A stretch of DNA of 64,000 nt from Pristiophorus japonicus (Eukaryota). The translations under genes were made by a program, and so were the position numbers. The notes below the pieces were generated by a model. That model did not search any database and was not told the origin of the DNA. It saw only the letters and a list, made by a program, of their open reading frames with translations. Positions 1-12,467 of the stretch are shown one piece after another. The stretch lies in assembly GCF_044704955.1 (NCBI RefSeq), contig NC_091999.1, positions 58,342,001-58,406,000 of the forward strand. Reading direction: 5' to 3'. Positions within the stretch are counted from its first letter, which is position 1; every line of letters starts with the position of its first letter.

Positions 1-1210
1 GTGAACATTTGCCCTAACTACATGCATAAATATGCACTTATCTAAGTTGTACATAATTTTCCAGCCTTGAGCATAATCTAACAGCACATTAAGATCTGCC
101 TGAAGCAGTCAAGCATCTGCTATAATTCAAAATCTCACTCAGATCTTGGTATCATCTGCAAATTTAAAAGTTTTGCGCGCAATCCCAAAATCTAGATCAT
201 TATTAAAAATAGTAAAACACAATATACCCAACACTGACCCCTGCGGGACACCACGGGTGACTAGTCTACAATCAGATTCAAATCCATCAATTATTACTTT
301 TTGACTGTTTCCTGCCAGCCAGTTCTGAATCCAACTCAATATATTTCAACGTATACCAGAGGCTCCGGTCTTATACAAAAGCCTTTTGTTCGGTATTTTT
401 CAAAATGTTTTGGGAAATCTGAGTGGACAATGTCTACTGGGCTTCCCTGATCCACAAACTTCGTAACTGTTTCAAAAAATACAATTAGATTTGTGAGATA
501 CTACCTCTTTTTTATGAAGTCATATTAGTATGCCGAAAATGTCCCTCCCTATCCAAGTATTCTTAAATCCCTTATGTTTGCTTCAAGCATCTTACATATT
601 ACTGATGTTAAACTGATGGGCCTATAGTTGCCCGAGTCTGTCTTGTCACCTATTTCAAAAATGGGGTCTGCATTAGTCTCCATCCAATCTGTAGGAACCA
701 TTCAAGAGAGCAGTGAGCTATTATAAATACAGGCCAGCAGCTCTCACAGCTCATGTCTTATCTCCCAGAGGACCATCAGGTGGATATCATCCAGCGCGGC
801 TGCTCTGTCTATTTTCAAGTTCTTAATTATTTTTACCCTAACGTTTTTATCTTTGGTAATGCTGCTAACAAAACTAGTAGAATTAAATTTTAAAATCGAG
901 AATCATTTTCAAGGGTGAAGACTGATGCAAAGTACAAATGTAATATTTCCACCATTCTTAGTGATTCCTTTGAAACCTGCCCTTGAACACCCTTCAGTGG
1001 CCCAATACAATCTTTGATAAGTCTCTGATTCACCACGTAAAGAAAAATGCTGATCCCATTACTGCCACAGTTGTCTACAAACCATTAGTCCATTAGTGTT
1101 TGATGATGTGATAGCAGCCATCATTTTCTTTAGCTGTTTCCTGTATTCAACCCTGTTTATTTGAGTATTGCATGTTTTAATTGATAAAACACGTTTCTGT
1201 TTACATCTTA
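1..1210 (-). mobile_element. Old CR1-group LINE ORF2 (RT) fragment
   Basis: ORF 139-339 has GVPQGSVLG...NDLD...KFADDTK RT motifs; the flanks translate to further degenerate ORF2 (NYRPISLTS region near 600-630). Boundaries approximate. Confidence 0.85.
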
Positions 1211-1446
1211 TTTGTCTGTCTCGTTGTACCATCCCGATTATTGATTTATCGGATGATGAGGGATGTGCTTTATAATTTTCGCACCCCTTCTGCCGTATGA
1301 CGGTTTGCTGCAGAACAAGGGGTGCTCTGTCCAAAGATAGCACCACCTACTACACTATGACTGCTTTATTGCAGGATGGGAGACAAAAGTTATCATTAGA
1401 TCACACAACTGCTTTCTCCCATTGAGATAATTTGGGTCTGATTAAG

Positions 1447-1755
1447 GAACATAACAAACCATTAGAAATAGGAGCAGGAGTAGGCCCTATGCCTCTCGAG
1501 CTTGCTCTGCCATTCAATAAATTCATGATTGATCATCGAACTCAACTCCACTTTCCTGCACAATCTTCATATCCCCAGATTCCCCATAGACTCCAAAAAT
1601 CTATCTACCTCAGTCTTGAATATATTCAGAGATTCGGGATCCACAGCCCGATGAGGCCGAGAATTCAAAAGATTCACAACCCTCTGAGTGAAGAAATTCC
1701 TCCTCATCTCGATCCTAAATGGGCTTCCCCTTATCCTGAGACTGTGCCCCATAGT
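1447..1755 (-). mobile_element. CR1 LINE 3' end fragment
   Basis: GHSLRIRG.PFR.EMRRNFFTQRVVNL C-terminus plus the 3' UTR (ggcctactcctgctcct on minus). Confidence 0.85.
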
Positions 1756-2105
1756 TCAAAAGAAAACACCAGGAATTGAACTCGGACCTCTATGCTGTGT
1801 ATGGTTTTATGCCATCTTCGAATGTCCAGATGGAGATTTACATTATATTTTCCTTGGAAAGATATGGAAGTCTTTTTTCCCCTGCCACATGGTGCAATAT
1901 TCATTGGAAGTTATTGTAATGTAGAAAAGGTGAACTCGAAAATGGCTGCCTTAATTTGTTTGTTTCAATGACCGTAGCTCACAATAAAATTGCATAATCT
2001 GATTGGCTCACTAGGGATTAACATTCGGTATAACTAAGGGATCATTAGAATGAGCCACAACTCATATTGGAGCTACTGTCTCCAGCAATTCGTTTCTCAC
2101 TGAGA

Positions 2106-2175
2106 ATGCACGCTCCTGGAAACAGTCCAATACTTGCCATTTACTATCCGCTTCTCGCTGCTGTCGGTGTTCCAG
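2106..2175 (+). pseudogene. GPR139-like rhodopsin-class GPCR pseudogene, exon 1
   Basis: ATG at 2106 gives MHAPGNSPILAIYYPLLAAVGVP+G, then a gtaagg donor (phase 1). It splices in frame to exon 2 (G+CT = Ala, giving ANLVIIVILSRG). Confidence 0.8.
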
Positions 2176-2297
2176 GTAAGGTATTACAGCAAGTCATTGG
2201 TTGTTAAGGATATCACGGTTTCTGCTGATGATCTGCATCTTTACCCGATTTGGCATTTTGTGTTTCGAGATTTTGCTTCACAGCCGCTTTGTTCATT

Positions 2298-2375
2298 GTG
2301 TTCTGATGAAAGATCACTGATCTGATACATTAACTCATTTTCTCTCTCCACAGATGTTGCTTGACCTTCCAGGTT
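2298..2375 (+). repeat. Short repeat with a degenerate hammerhead ribozyme core (Penelope-like/retrozyme type)
   Basis: CTGATGA at 2303-2309, hairpin agatc-act-gatct, then GATAC (canonical GAAAC) and attaac, followed by tctctctccacagatg. Confidence 0.5.
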
Positions 2376-2881
2376 TTCTGGTCTCATTTCAAATCTCCCT
2401 GAGTCAGAGTATGTGTCTTCTGTATCCCTGTTCAGTGTGACATTTTATTGGAATTGTAAAGTTCCCCGGGTGTCCAAAGCAAAATTTATTACAACATTAT
2501 TCTGCATCAGCGTGACTTCCTGTCCCAGATCTATATTCGCACTGCCTTCAGCTAATAATCTCTGTTCAAGTCCAAAAGTCGTTATTTTTAAAAAGTAAGA
2601 ATCGTGTGACTGATGCAAAAATCTGAAGTGAACCGATGCGACAATGATCGGTCAATAATGTGTGTCTTGATATGTATTTCCCGCCACTTTTTATCAGTAC
2701 AGTTAATTCTGGTGATCAAACACAGGTTCACAAATGCTGTCGACGGACAAATGTCCAGAAATGATGCGTGTAAAGGGTATTTAAAATGCATCTATTTCTG
2801 ACTATTGCGTTGAAACGATACTAAAATCAACTGTGTGGTTGATAATGAAGAATAAAGGTGCAGACAGCAGGAAAATGTCTA

Positions 2882-3680
2882 TCAACGGGTCAGGTGGGCA
2901 GAACAGTGGCAAATTGAATTTAATCCAGAGGTTTGTGAGGTAATGCATTTGGGGAAGTTTGACAAGGAAAGGGAATACACATTAAATGGTTCACTGAGAA
3001 GTGTCGAGGGACAAAGAGACGTTGGAGTGCATGTCCACAGATCCCTGAAGTTAGCAGGACAGATAGATAAGGTGATTAATAAGGCATAATTAAAGCTTGC
3101 ATTTATTAGCCGCGGCATAAAATTCAAGAGCAGGGGGGGCTTATGCGTCAACTGTATAAAACACTGGTTAGGCCACAGCTGAAGTATTGTGTGCAGTTCT
3201 GGTCACCGCATTGCAGGAAGGAGATGATTGAACTGGAGATTTACGAGCATGTTGCCGGTAGTGGGGAATATTAGCCACGAGGACAGATTGGATAGGCTGG
3301 ATTTGTTTTTCTTGGAACAGAGGGGAAACTTCATTGATGTGTATAAAGTTATGACGGGCCTAGATATAGAGGATAGAAAGGGTCTATTGCCATTAGCAGA
3401 GGGATCAACAACCAGGATACATCAATTTAAAATAATTAAAAGTTTTAAAGGGTATTTGAGGGGAATTTCTTCATGCAGAGTGTTCTGGAACTCACTGCCT
3501 GAAAGGATGGTAGAGGCAGAACCCCTCACCACATTTAAAAAGTACTTGGATATGCACCATAGGTGCCGTAACCTGCAGGATTACAGACCTAGAGCTGGAA
3601 CGTGTGATTAAGCTGGAAAGCTTCTTGTTGGTCGAGGGCCTTAAATGGCCTCCTTCTGTGCTGTAAGCTTCTATGAATCT
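2882..3680 (+). mobile_element. CR1 LINE 3' fragment in the GPCR intron
   Basis: W..WQIEFNPE.CEVMHLG and [12 protein letters not shown] motifs; ctatga-type tail near 3671-3690. Confidence 0.85.
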
Positions 3681-4075
3681 ATGAGTCTATATGATCGAAT
3701 TTCTGAACTGATTGAATGATTGCATGATTGACGTGTGATTTTAGCCATGCAATTATTGAAGGGATATTCTGAGTCATTAAATGGATGGCAATCAGTGAAC
3801 GATAAACGGTTGTAGTCACGAAGTTGCACCTAAAACTCCTTGGCCTGTTCTCACTGTCCTGCTCCTTATTCATTGCTTTAGTCCGCCTACGCTCCTTCAC
3901 TTTCGCTGTTCCTGCTTCCCTTCCTCAAACATTATTCAAATCTTAACAGATCAATCTCTGCTGACAGGTCACTGAATCATTCCCATCGCGAGGCTGAAAT
4001 ATGATCAAAATAAATAAACATCAAGGAGGAGTTATACTTAATGTTACTGTTTTCTTTTATGTCTATTTCCTGCAG

Positions 4076-4986
4076 CTAACTTGGTGATAATTGTGATCCT
4101 GTCCCGAGGAAAGTGCGGTCTTTCCAGATGTATCACTTGGTACCTGCTGTCCATGGCAGTGGCAGATCTCCTGGTCATTATCACCGCTGTGATATTAAAC
4201 CGGATCAGTGGATTTTATTTTCAATTTAGTCTGCTGTCCACTACTCCAGGCTGTACTATAACATCTATCCTAATTTATGTAGCCACGGATAGTTCCATCT
4301 GGTTTACAGTCGCTTTCACCTTCGATCGATTTGTGGCGATATGATGCCAGAAACTGAAAACAAAATATTGCACTGAGAAAAGTGCGGCTCTGATTATAGT
4401 CATGGTCGGTGCCCTGGCTGTTTAAAAAAACATCACTTCTTATTTCACTTATGAACCTATGTTCATAACTTACAATGTCCCATGGTTATGTAACATCAAA
4501 GTAATATTTTATCGTTCTCCTCTATGGATAGTATATGACTGGCTTGACAGAATTTTAACGCCATGACTCCCCTTTCTCCTGATATTGCTGCTCAATGCTC
4601 TGACCGTCAGACATATTCTAGCGACGAGCAGAGCCCGCAGAAGGCTCCGGGCCCACAGCAATGGAGAGAATCAAAGCGACCCAGAGTTGGAGAGCCGGAG
4701 AAAATTAATCGTTTTACACTTTACCATCTCGGGCAGTTTCATCCTATTATGGACAGTGTACGTTGTAAATTTCTTGTATGTCCGAATTACAAAGAATAAT
4801 TATTTCTCAGGTTCCAATTTCAAAGACCCAAAATGTATTCTCCAAGAAACCGGAAATAGTCTTCAGCTTTTGAGTTCCTGCACAAACACGTGTATTTATT
4901 CAGTGATCCAGAGTAAATTCAGAGAGGAGTTAATGGATGCGCTGAAATATCCAATGAATCTCATTATAAAATTTATCAAATTATAA
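4076..4986 (+). pseudogene. GPR139-like GPCR pseudogene, exon 2 (TM1-TM7)
   Basis: Acceptor tttcctgcag at 4075; motifs MAVADLLV (TM2), FTFDRFVAI (DRY-like) and SCTNTCIY (NPxxY-like). In-frame stops at 4342-4344, ~4423-4425 and 4564-4566. Confidence 0.9.
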
Positions 4987-5094
4987 AAATGTATTTTCGT
5001 GTTAATTCTGCATTACATCACACCCAGTGGGCCATCCTGTCCTGTCAGTTCTGAACCAGCTTTGTCCAGCTCCATCAGCCCCAATAACATGGCC

Positions 5095-5188
5095 CATCTC
5101 GACATCCAAGTCTGAGAAATTGAATATCTCGACATCCACATGCGCGATATCGTACATCTTGACATCCATGTGTGAGAAATCGTACAAC
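5095..5188. repeat. ~30-bp tandem repeat, about 3 copies
   Basis: tc(t/c)gacatcca recurs at 5098, 5128 and 5158. Confidence 0.7.
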
Positions 5189-5337
5189 TGATTTGCGTGT
5201 AATTAAGATTATATTTTAATCAGAGGGCCTTATTTCAGTACTGCCGGCGGTTTGTTTCCTCAGAGTAGTATTATCAAACCAATGCTAACAGATACTTTTC
5301 CATTCTATCGTGCTCTCATGAATCACCATCGGCTCAC

Positions 5338-5450
5338 TGCATTACAACAGTGACTACACTTTCAAAAAGTATTTCACTGGCTGTAAAGCGCTTTGAGACA
5401 TCCACTCGTTGTAAAAGGTGCTATATAAATCCAGTACTTTCTTTCTTTCC
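5338..5450 (+). mobile_element. SacSINE1/DeuSINE-like 3' tail fragment
   Basis: cattacaacagtgactacac...ggctgtaaagcgctttg...gctatataaat; matches the tail of the SINE at 21330-21755. Confidence 0.65.
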
Positions 5451-5589
5451 TTCTTAGAGTCAGGATTATGCGACTATGTGACAACCAGTTGTTATCCTGT
5501 AGAGACCGCTCTGAATATCCTTGATCCATAACTCTCAGGACTATTGCGAGTGGTGGATCATGGCAGCAGTCTCTGTGATCCTGCGCAAA

Positions 5590-6903
5590 ATAGAGACAAA
5601 ATTTACAGTCACTTGGACAAGTATGGATTAATTAAAGGACGCCAGTATGCAGTTGTTAAAGGTAAATTGTGTTTAAATAACTTGATTGAGTTTTTTTACG
5701 TTGGTAACAGAGAGAGTAGTTGAGGGCAATGCGGTTGATGTGGTATACATGAACTTCCAAAAAGTCGAAGTGCCAGCTAATACGTTTGCCTGCAAAGTAG
5801 AAGCCCATGGAGTAAGAGGGAAAGTTGCAGCATTGGTACCAAATTAGCTGAATGACAGGAAAGAGGGATTAGTGATGAATGGAATGTGTTTCTGACTGAT
5901 ATCAGTGTTACCCAGGAGTCTTTATCAGGAACGTTGCTTTTCTTGATATATATTAATGAATTGGACTTGGGTGTACTTGTCTCAATTGCAAAATTTACAG
6001 ACGACACAAAACTTAGAAGTATGGTGAACATTGACGCGGACAGTGATAGACTTCAAAAGGGCACCACAGTCTGTTGGAATGGGCGGACCAGTGGCAGATG
6101 AAATGCAATGCAGATAAGTGTGAAGTGTAACATTTTGGTAGGAAGAACGAGGAGAAGCAGTATAAATTAAAGGGTACAATCCTAAAGGGCGTGCATGAAC
6201 AGAGAGACCTGGGATACACGTTCACAAATCGTTAAGAGTGGCAGGTTGAGAAAGCAGTTAAAACAACAATCGCCATCCTGGGCTTCATAAATAGAGGCAT
6301 AGCGTACCAAAGCATGGAAGTTAAGATAATCCTCTATAAAACACTGGTTCGTGCTCAACTGGATGTTGTATCCAATGCTGTGCATCACACTTTAGGAAGG
6401 ATGTGAAGGCCTTCGAGAGAGTGCAGAAAGATTAGAACAATGGTTACAGGGATGAGGGATTTCATTTACGTGCATAGACTGGATAAGCTGGAGTTGTTCT
6501 CTGGTGCAGTGAACCTTGAGAGGACATTTGATAGAGGTGTTCAAAATCATGAGGGTTCGGGACAGAAAAGACAGGGCGAAACTCTTCCCATTGGCGGAAG
6601 GTTCGAGAACAAGAGGACACAGATTTAAGTGGACTGGAAAAAGAACCAAAGGCGACTTGAGGAATAACTTTGTTATGCAGCTAGTGGTTATGATCTGGAA
6701 AGCACTGCCTGAAAGGATGGTGGTGGCAAGTTCAATCGTAGTTTTCAAAAGGATGTTGGATAGCTACCTAAAGGGGAAAAATGCAGGGCTATGAGGAAAA
6801 GGTGGGGTGTGGGAATAGCTGAGGTGTTCTTGCAGAGTGCGGACAGGGACTCCACAGGCCGAAATGTGTCCATTTATGCTGTAACCCATTCTATGATTCT
6901 ATG
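5590..6903 (+). mobile_element. CR1 LINE ORF2/3' UTR fragment
   Basis: KFTDDTKL and MRGHLIEVFKIM...RTRGH motifs; ctatgatt tail. Confidence 0.85.
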
Positions 6904-7776
6904 ATCCTGCACCAGCCACAATATAATGATATGATGGTACGATATGGGCGCTATTACAATGTCACCAACAACACCTTAGAATTTAAATTCTATTTCCCAT
7001 TGCAAGCTGCTATACTCAGTAAAGTGAGCAAGTGTTTGGCAGGGAGGTATAACAGAAAGTAAAGAAGCATTGCATGCAATTCTTTTCCTGGTAAAAGGCA
7101 CCAAATTCTTTAATTGGGTAACAGCGTTTGAATAGGATTGACGAATCGCCACGATGTACTTACTCTACTCCCTCTCATGTGAATTTGGCGCATCACTCAG
7201 AATACCACTCAGTAACAATGAAGGAGGAGATATACAGATTTTGGAGGAGCATTTCTCTGGGTAGTATTTCTGAATGGTAATTCAAGCCTCCCTCCCAACT
7301 GCACCCCACTTGTTCAAAATAAGAAAATATTCGGGGATGCAATTTAACCATTCAACGTTATGAACATTGCAAAAGAAGGAATTGGAATCAGTAAATAGAG
7401 TGAACAAGCGAAAGTGTGAGAGAGGAGAGAAAGATTGAAATGGAGAAAGAACAAGAAGCGTAAGAGAAAAAAATAAGATAATAGTAAAGGAAAGGAAAAA
7501 TGACAGAAATCAAGAAATGTTTTACTTTGTAATTGTCCTTTTATACCCGCTGTTTCTCTTAGATGTTTGTATTTATTCTCAAGATATGAGCGTAGATGGC
7601 AAGGCCGGAATTTATTGTGCATTACTGGCTGCCATTGAAAAAATGTTGGTGGGCTTTCTCCTTCCACCGCTGCAGTCCATGTGGTGAATGTGATGTCACG
7701 TAGGAAGTTCCAGTATTTCAACCCATGGACAATAAAGTAACAACGATAAATGAAAATTCCGGATGGTGCTTGACTT

Positions 7777-8435
7777 ATAGAATCACACAATAATACAGCA
7801 TTGAAGGAGGCCGTCTGACCAATCGTGTCTGTGCTCGCTCTGTGAAAGAATCTTCTCCAATCTACTCCTTCCATTAACCCCGCTGTGTTTTGGTCGACAC
7901 GAATACGCTTCTTCTTATGAGTTGCAGTAAAGAGACTTGCAGCATGATTCAAGGGGAATTGGAGCATTGCTGTGGGACAACGGTCCCGTACGTAGAATGA
8001 TACAACACCTAAGGACGCCGTTACGACCTTTGTGCCTGTGCCTCCTCTTTGCAAGAGCTGTTCAATTAGTCCCACACCTTTGCATTCCGCCATAGAACTG
8101 TTCGTTTATTCGTTCAAGTGTTTACACAATTCGATTTTGAACGTTGCTACTGACTCTGCTTCCTCCACCCTTTCAGGCTCTGCATTGCGGATCAAAGCAA
8201 CTCGCTGGGTAAAATAATGTTTCCTCGTGTCATCTGTGGTTCCTTTCCCAATTACCTTAAATCTTTGTCCTTTGGTTACCGACCCTTCTGCTCGTGGAAA
8301 GAGTTTCCCTAATTTAATCTCTCAAAACTCTTCATAATTTTGAACAACTCTATTAAATCTCTTCTTAACTTTCTCTGTTTTAATGAGATCAATACCAGCT
8401 TCTCCAGTCCCTCCACAAAATCCCCACATCCCTGA
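7777..8435 (-). mobile_element. CR1 LINE 3' end fragments (interrupted ~7875-8015)
   Basis: Reverse-strand 3' UTR (gaaggaggcc...gtgct) and a degenerate C-terminal ORF2. Confidence 0.6.
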
Positions 8436-8810
8436 TATGAAAACAAATTAAACATGTTGTTTTAAAAGTTCCCTCAATTACAGATATTGCTTTATTGAAT
8501 CGCTCGACGACAGATATCTTCTTGGTTTGGTCTGTGGCTTCCCTAGAATTTTTTACATAGTCGAGCAGTTTGAAGCACCGTGATTCTCAGTCAACAGAAA
8601 TAAACGGCGCTGTATTCATTTTCTGAATTGACAAAGGAAAAATTAATATACATTTAAATGACGAGCACCGAATTTTCCTCTTGCAAAATCGGCACCAATT
8701 TCTCTGGTGTTATTGCGGTATAAGGTAAACTGCGTTGTCGGGATCGGGTGCAGGCGTACCAGTAACGATCTGGATCTTCGGAACTGGTGTTGTAAGTGCA
8801 TTTATTTCAG

Positions 8811-9128
8811 GTTTTTCTCCTTCATATACCGTCATTTCATATTGAGGCTGCATTACCGAACTCCATTGGATTTTACCTGTAAAGCTTATTTAGATCATCA
8901 TTTAATGTCCTTCTTAATTAGCACAATTTAAACAAGCACAGGGAACACTTACCACAACCTACCTGCGATCGAGATTATTCTGGTGAAATACATCGGCTAT
9001 TATGAAGGTAATATATTTTGCCAGAGACGTTTCTCTGCAGATCTCTAAATTGTGACTAAGTTTACCGGTTTAACCATCTCTGGGCTGCAGATGACTGGAC
9101 CTGCAGTTTATTAACGTGCCCTGGCACT
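8811..9128 (+). pseudogene. Degenerate antigen-receptor V gene segment (TCR alpha/delta-like FR3)
   Basis: From 9001: YEGNIFCQRRFSADL*IVTKFTGLTISGLQMTGPAVY*RALA, matching FR3 RFS...LTISGLQxxDxAVYYCAL. It abuts a perfect heptamer. A possible acceptor ttcag ends at 8810; the 5' half is poorly conserved. Confidence 0.75.
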
Positions 9129-9167
9129 CACAGTGATGGAACTCAGTTCAACCCTCATACAGAACCT
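9129..9167 (+). promoter_or_regulatory. Recombination signal sequence (23-bp spacer)
   Basis: CACAGTG (9129-9135), exactly 23 nt, then ACAGAACCT (9159-9167). Confidence 0.8.
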
Positions 9168-9237
9168 CCCGCCACTTTGTAGATCTTGGCTCCGACTGCT
9201 GAAGTCATATATAACGGCGGGCAGATCCTGCCACATT

Positions 9238-9309
9238 GGTTCCTGTGAGCCGACACACACTGAGATGGACCCAAAGGACAGTCTCCTGTATGAAGGGCTC
9301 ACAATAAAC
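9238..9309 (+). other. Candidate degenerate D segment with 5' ~12-RSS and 3' ~22/23-RSS
   Basis: GGTTCCTGT + 11 nt + CACTGAG, then atggacc, a weak heptamer caaagga + 22 nt + ACAATAAAC. Confidence 0.4.
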
Positions 9310-9844
9310 TGATTTCTTGATACTCGTGGCAATGTCCTGCAGAGCCAATCAATTGGGCAGGTTGAGTATCTTAGCGACATGCACGAAGCAGAAGCCAACT
9401 GGTTGCAGCTAAAGTTAATTGTGAGAACAGAATGACAACATTCGCTGGCATCGCCTCGAATCTAGAATCAGAATATTAAGCCTGTGCTGGCACTTCGAAA
9501 GAGCTATCGTATTAGTCCCACTATTTTCCTAAAGCCCTGCAATTTTCTCCTTTTAGATATTTAACTAATTCCCTTTTGAAAGTTAATATTAATTCTTTTC
9601 CCCACTCTTTCACGTAGTATATTCCTGATCATAACTGCATCAATAAATTCGGCCCTTTTCACCTCAGGCTCCTTTTCCAATTTGCTTAAATCAGAAATCA
9701 AACATCAGGAAATATGTTTGTCCCTGGTACTAACTTCAACTGAGTTGCGTACCTGGATTCCGTGGATGACGCCATAATCCCTCGCATACATCAGAGCACA
9801 GTGATTGGCTGTTTCTTCGAAGGTGACTGCCGTATCCGTAGGAG

Positions 9845-10135
9845 TTGTTCACTGATTTCACGTTGATAGTATCAGAAGGAATGGCGCAGAGCAGGAAGAC
9901 AGAATCCTCAGGGTGATGTTCAGTGAGTTCAGCGAGATGGTATCAAAGGGAATGAAGCAGAGCAGGGAGGCAGGATCCCTAGGAAGATGTTCAGTGAGTT
10001 CAGGGAGATGGTATCAGAAGGAATGGAGCAGAGCAGTGAGAACAAATCTGTGGGTGATGTTCAGTGAGTTAAGCGAGATGGTATCAGAGGGAATAGTGCA
10101 GAGCAGACAGAAAGGCAGTCCGGGGAAGAGGTGAC
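9845..10135. repeat. ~70-bp tandem repeat, about 4 copies
   Basis: gatgttcagtgagttcagcgagatggtatcagaaggaat...gcagagcag recurs at ~9846, 9915, 9986 and 10056. Confidence 0.75.
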
Positions 10136-10154
10136 AGCGGGTCGTGTTTAACGT

Positions 10155-10955
10155 GAGATCATGCACTTTGGCAGAAAAAAATCAAAGAGACAGTTATTAT
10201 TTAAATGGAAAAAGATTGCAAAGTGCCGCAGTTCAGCGAGACCTGAGGGTACTTGTGCATGAAGCACAAAAGGATGATATGCAGGTACAGCGAATGATCA
10301 GGAAGGCCATTGGCATCTTGGCCATTATTGTGAAGAGAATGGAGTATAAAAGCAGGGAAGTCTTGCTACAGTTATACAGGATATTGGGGAGGCCACACCT
10401 GGAACTGTGTGCGGTTTTGGTTTACATATTTATGAAAGGATATACTTGCTTTGGAGGCAGTTCAGAGAAGGTTCACTCGGATGATTCCGGAGATGAGGGG
10501 GTTGACTTATGAGGAAAGGTTGAGTAGTTTGGGCCTCGACTCATTGGAATTCAGAAAAATGAGAAGTGATCTTATCGAAATGTATCAGATTATGAGGGGG
10601 CTTGACAAGGTGGATGCAGAGAGGATGTTTGCACTGATGGGGGAGATTAGAACTGGAGGGCATGATCTTAAAATATGGGGCCGCCCAATTAAAACAGAGA
10701 TGAGGAGAAATTTCCTCTCTAAGAGCGTTGTAAATGTCTGGACTTCGCTGCCTCAGAGAGCCGTGGAAGCTGGGACATTGAATAACCTTAAGATAGAAAT
10801 AGACAGTGTTTTAAACGATAAGGGGCTATGGGGAGCAGGCAGGAAAGTGGAGCTCAGTCCATTATCATAACCGCCATGAATGGCAGAGCAGGCTCGAGGT
10901 GCAGTATGGCCTACTCCTGTTCCAATTTCTTATATTCTTATGTTTTTATGTATGT
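10155..10955 (+). mobile_element. CR1 LINE 3' fragment
   Basis: ORFs 10144-10512 and 10451-10870 (VQRRFTRMIP, RRNF...VVNVW) plus the 3' UTR. Confidence 0.9.
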
Positions 10956-11384
10956 TCCTCATAATGGAGAACGGTTGGCAGTGATAACCCTACGCATTTC
11001 TGTCCGTATGGACCATATGCATTCAGGTGACCTTTAAAGAGTTGAATCGTAAACGAAACTTACATTCTACGAATGCCCTCCCTGAGAGGAGGATGTCAAT
11101 CATATATTTGGGTAGAACAAAACGACAATGATTTTACATCAGAAATTGATATTGCCCGTGCATCACACATTTTGTATGTAGGTGCCCAACGGGCACAAAG
11201 CTCCAAATGTACCTGCAGATGCCGCGTGAACCCTCATCTCCTCTCTGTCAAAGATAATCTCTCCACCTGTCGTCTCTTTCTTGGCTTTCTCTATGTGTAT
11301 AACAGAAACATTGGAGCGCGTGTCTGTGTGTCAGTTAGGCCCCAGTTTTTGGGAATCATTCCAAGAGTTTGTGCTCTCTAGTGT

Positions 11385-11700
11385 GTCTGGAAGTGTTTGA
11401 TGGGACAGTATAGAGTGAGCTTTAATCTGTATTTAACCCGTGCTGCTCCTGACCTGGTTGTGTTTGATGGGACGGTGTAGAGGGAGATTTATTCTATATT
11501 TAACCCGTGCTGTACCTGCCCTGGGAGGGTGTGGTGTGCAAGTGTAGATGGAGCTGTTCTCTGTATCTAACCCGTACTGCACCTGCCCTGGGAGTTTTTG
11601 ATGGGACAGTGCAGAGGGAGCTTTACTCTTTATCTAACCTGTGTTGTACCTGCCCTGAGAGTGTTTGTTAGGACAGTGTAGAGGGAGATTTGCTCTGACA
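11385..11700. repeat. ~66-bp minisatellite, about 5 copies
   Basis: gtgtttgatgggacagtgtagagggagctttactctgtatctaacccgtgctgtacctgccctggga repeated in tandem. Confidence 0.85.
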
Positions 11701-12467
11701 CATACTATACTGTATCGGACTATGGTGCATCAGAGGCCTGCTCTTTAATATAACCTGGCACGTGAAAGGCCATAATATTAGAGGAGACCGCCTGGTCACT
11801 GTGCAGTCATTCCGCCTCTGGTGCATGATGCAACAAGGCAGGGGAAAATGTGCCGTCACTCTGATGGGACACTAGGTGGCGCAGTGGCTCCTTAACCGAA
11901 GGGACTTGGATTCAAACACATCAGGATAGGACGCGGGAAGAATAAATTTCATGGAAATAAAACAACGTGTGATAGGGAAATAGAACAGTGTGAAGGAGCC
12001 TTGGAGTAAAGAGTTTAGCAAAGTCCAAATTATTCCATTTGCCATTGCAGTTTTATTAACAATTTCACAGAGAGCAATTCACAGAGAAGGTTTTCAAAAG
12101 TTCACACAAATTGAATACAACAAATGAGCGTCACATTAATACCAGAACACAGTCGGTCTGAGCTGCCAGCTATTTGTACAACTCTAACAGACATCAGGGA
12201 GAGAAACAGATGTTCAACACCAAGGGAAGTGAATAATTGTGAATCATGAATGATAAAAGTGACTTATGTACACATGAGATATTCAAACAATTGTTTGACT
12301 CCGAGATACATTTACATTATAGCCACGGTTATCTCACACATTTCAAACAGAGAAATGAAAAAATTGAAGGCAATTTACTCCGGGAATCACCAAGAGGACA
12401 TAATTTATTTTCAAGACACAGTTAACAACCAGAGGAGAAAAATCCACGGCGGCCGAAATTCAGTCAA

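Noticed and set aside
5002-5187. Repetitive 61-aa ORF (MYDFSHMDV...)
   Set aside because: By-product of a 30-bp tandem repeat; no other coding evidence.
7140-7320. Possible second V remnant (SNNEGG..TDFGG..FSG)
   Set aside because: Needs multiple frameshifts; no YYC and no RSS.
7344-8093. 249-aa minus-strand ORF
   Set aside because: Runs across repeat fragments and a purine-rich tract; no domain motif.
9111-9398. 95-aa minus-strand ORF as a gene exon
   Set aside because: Antisense to the V/RSS/D region; no recognisable product.
11798-11804. CACTGTG heptamer as a J-segment RSS
   Set aside because: No nonamer at 12 or 23 spacing and no F/W-G-x-G motif.
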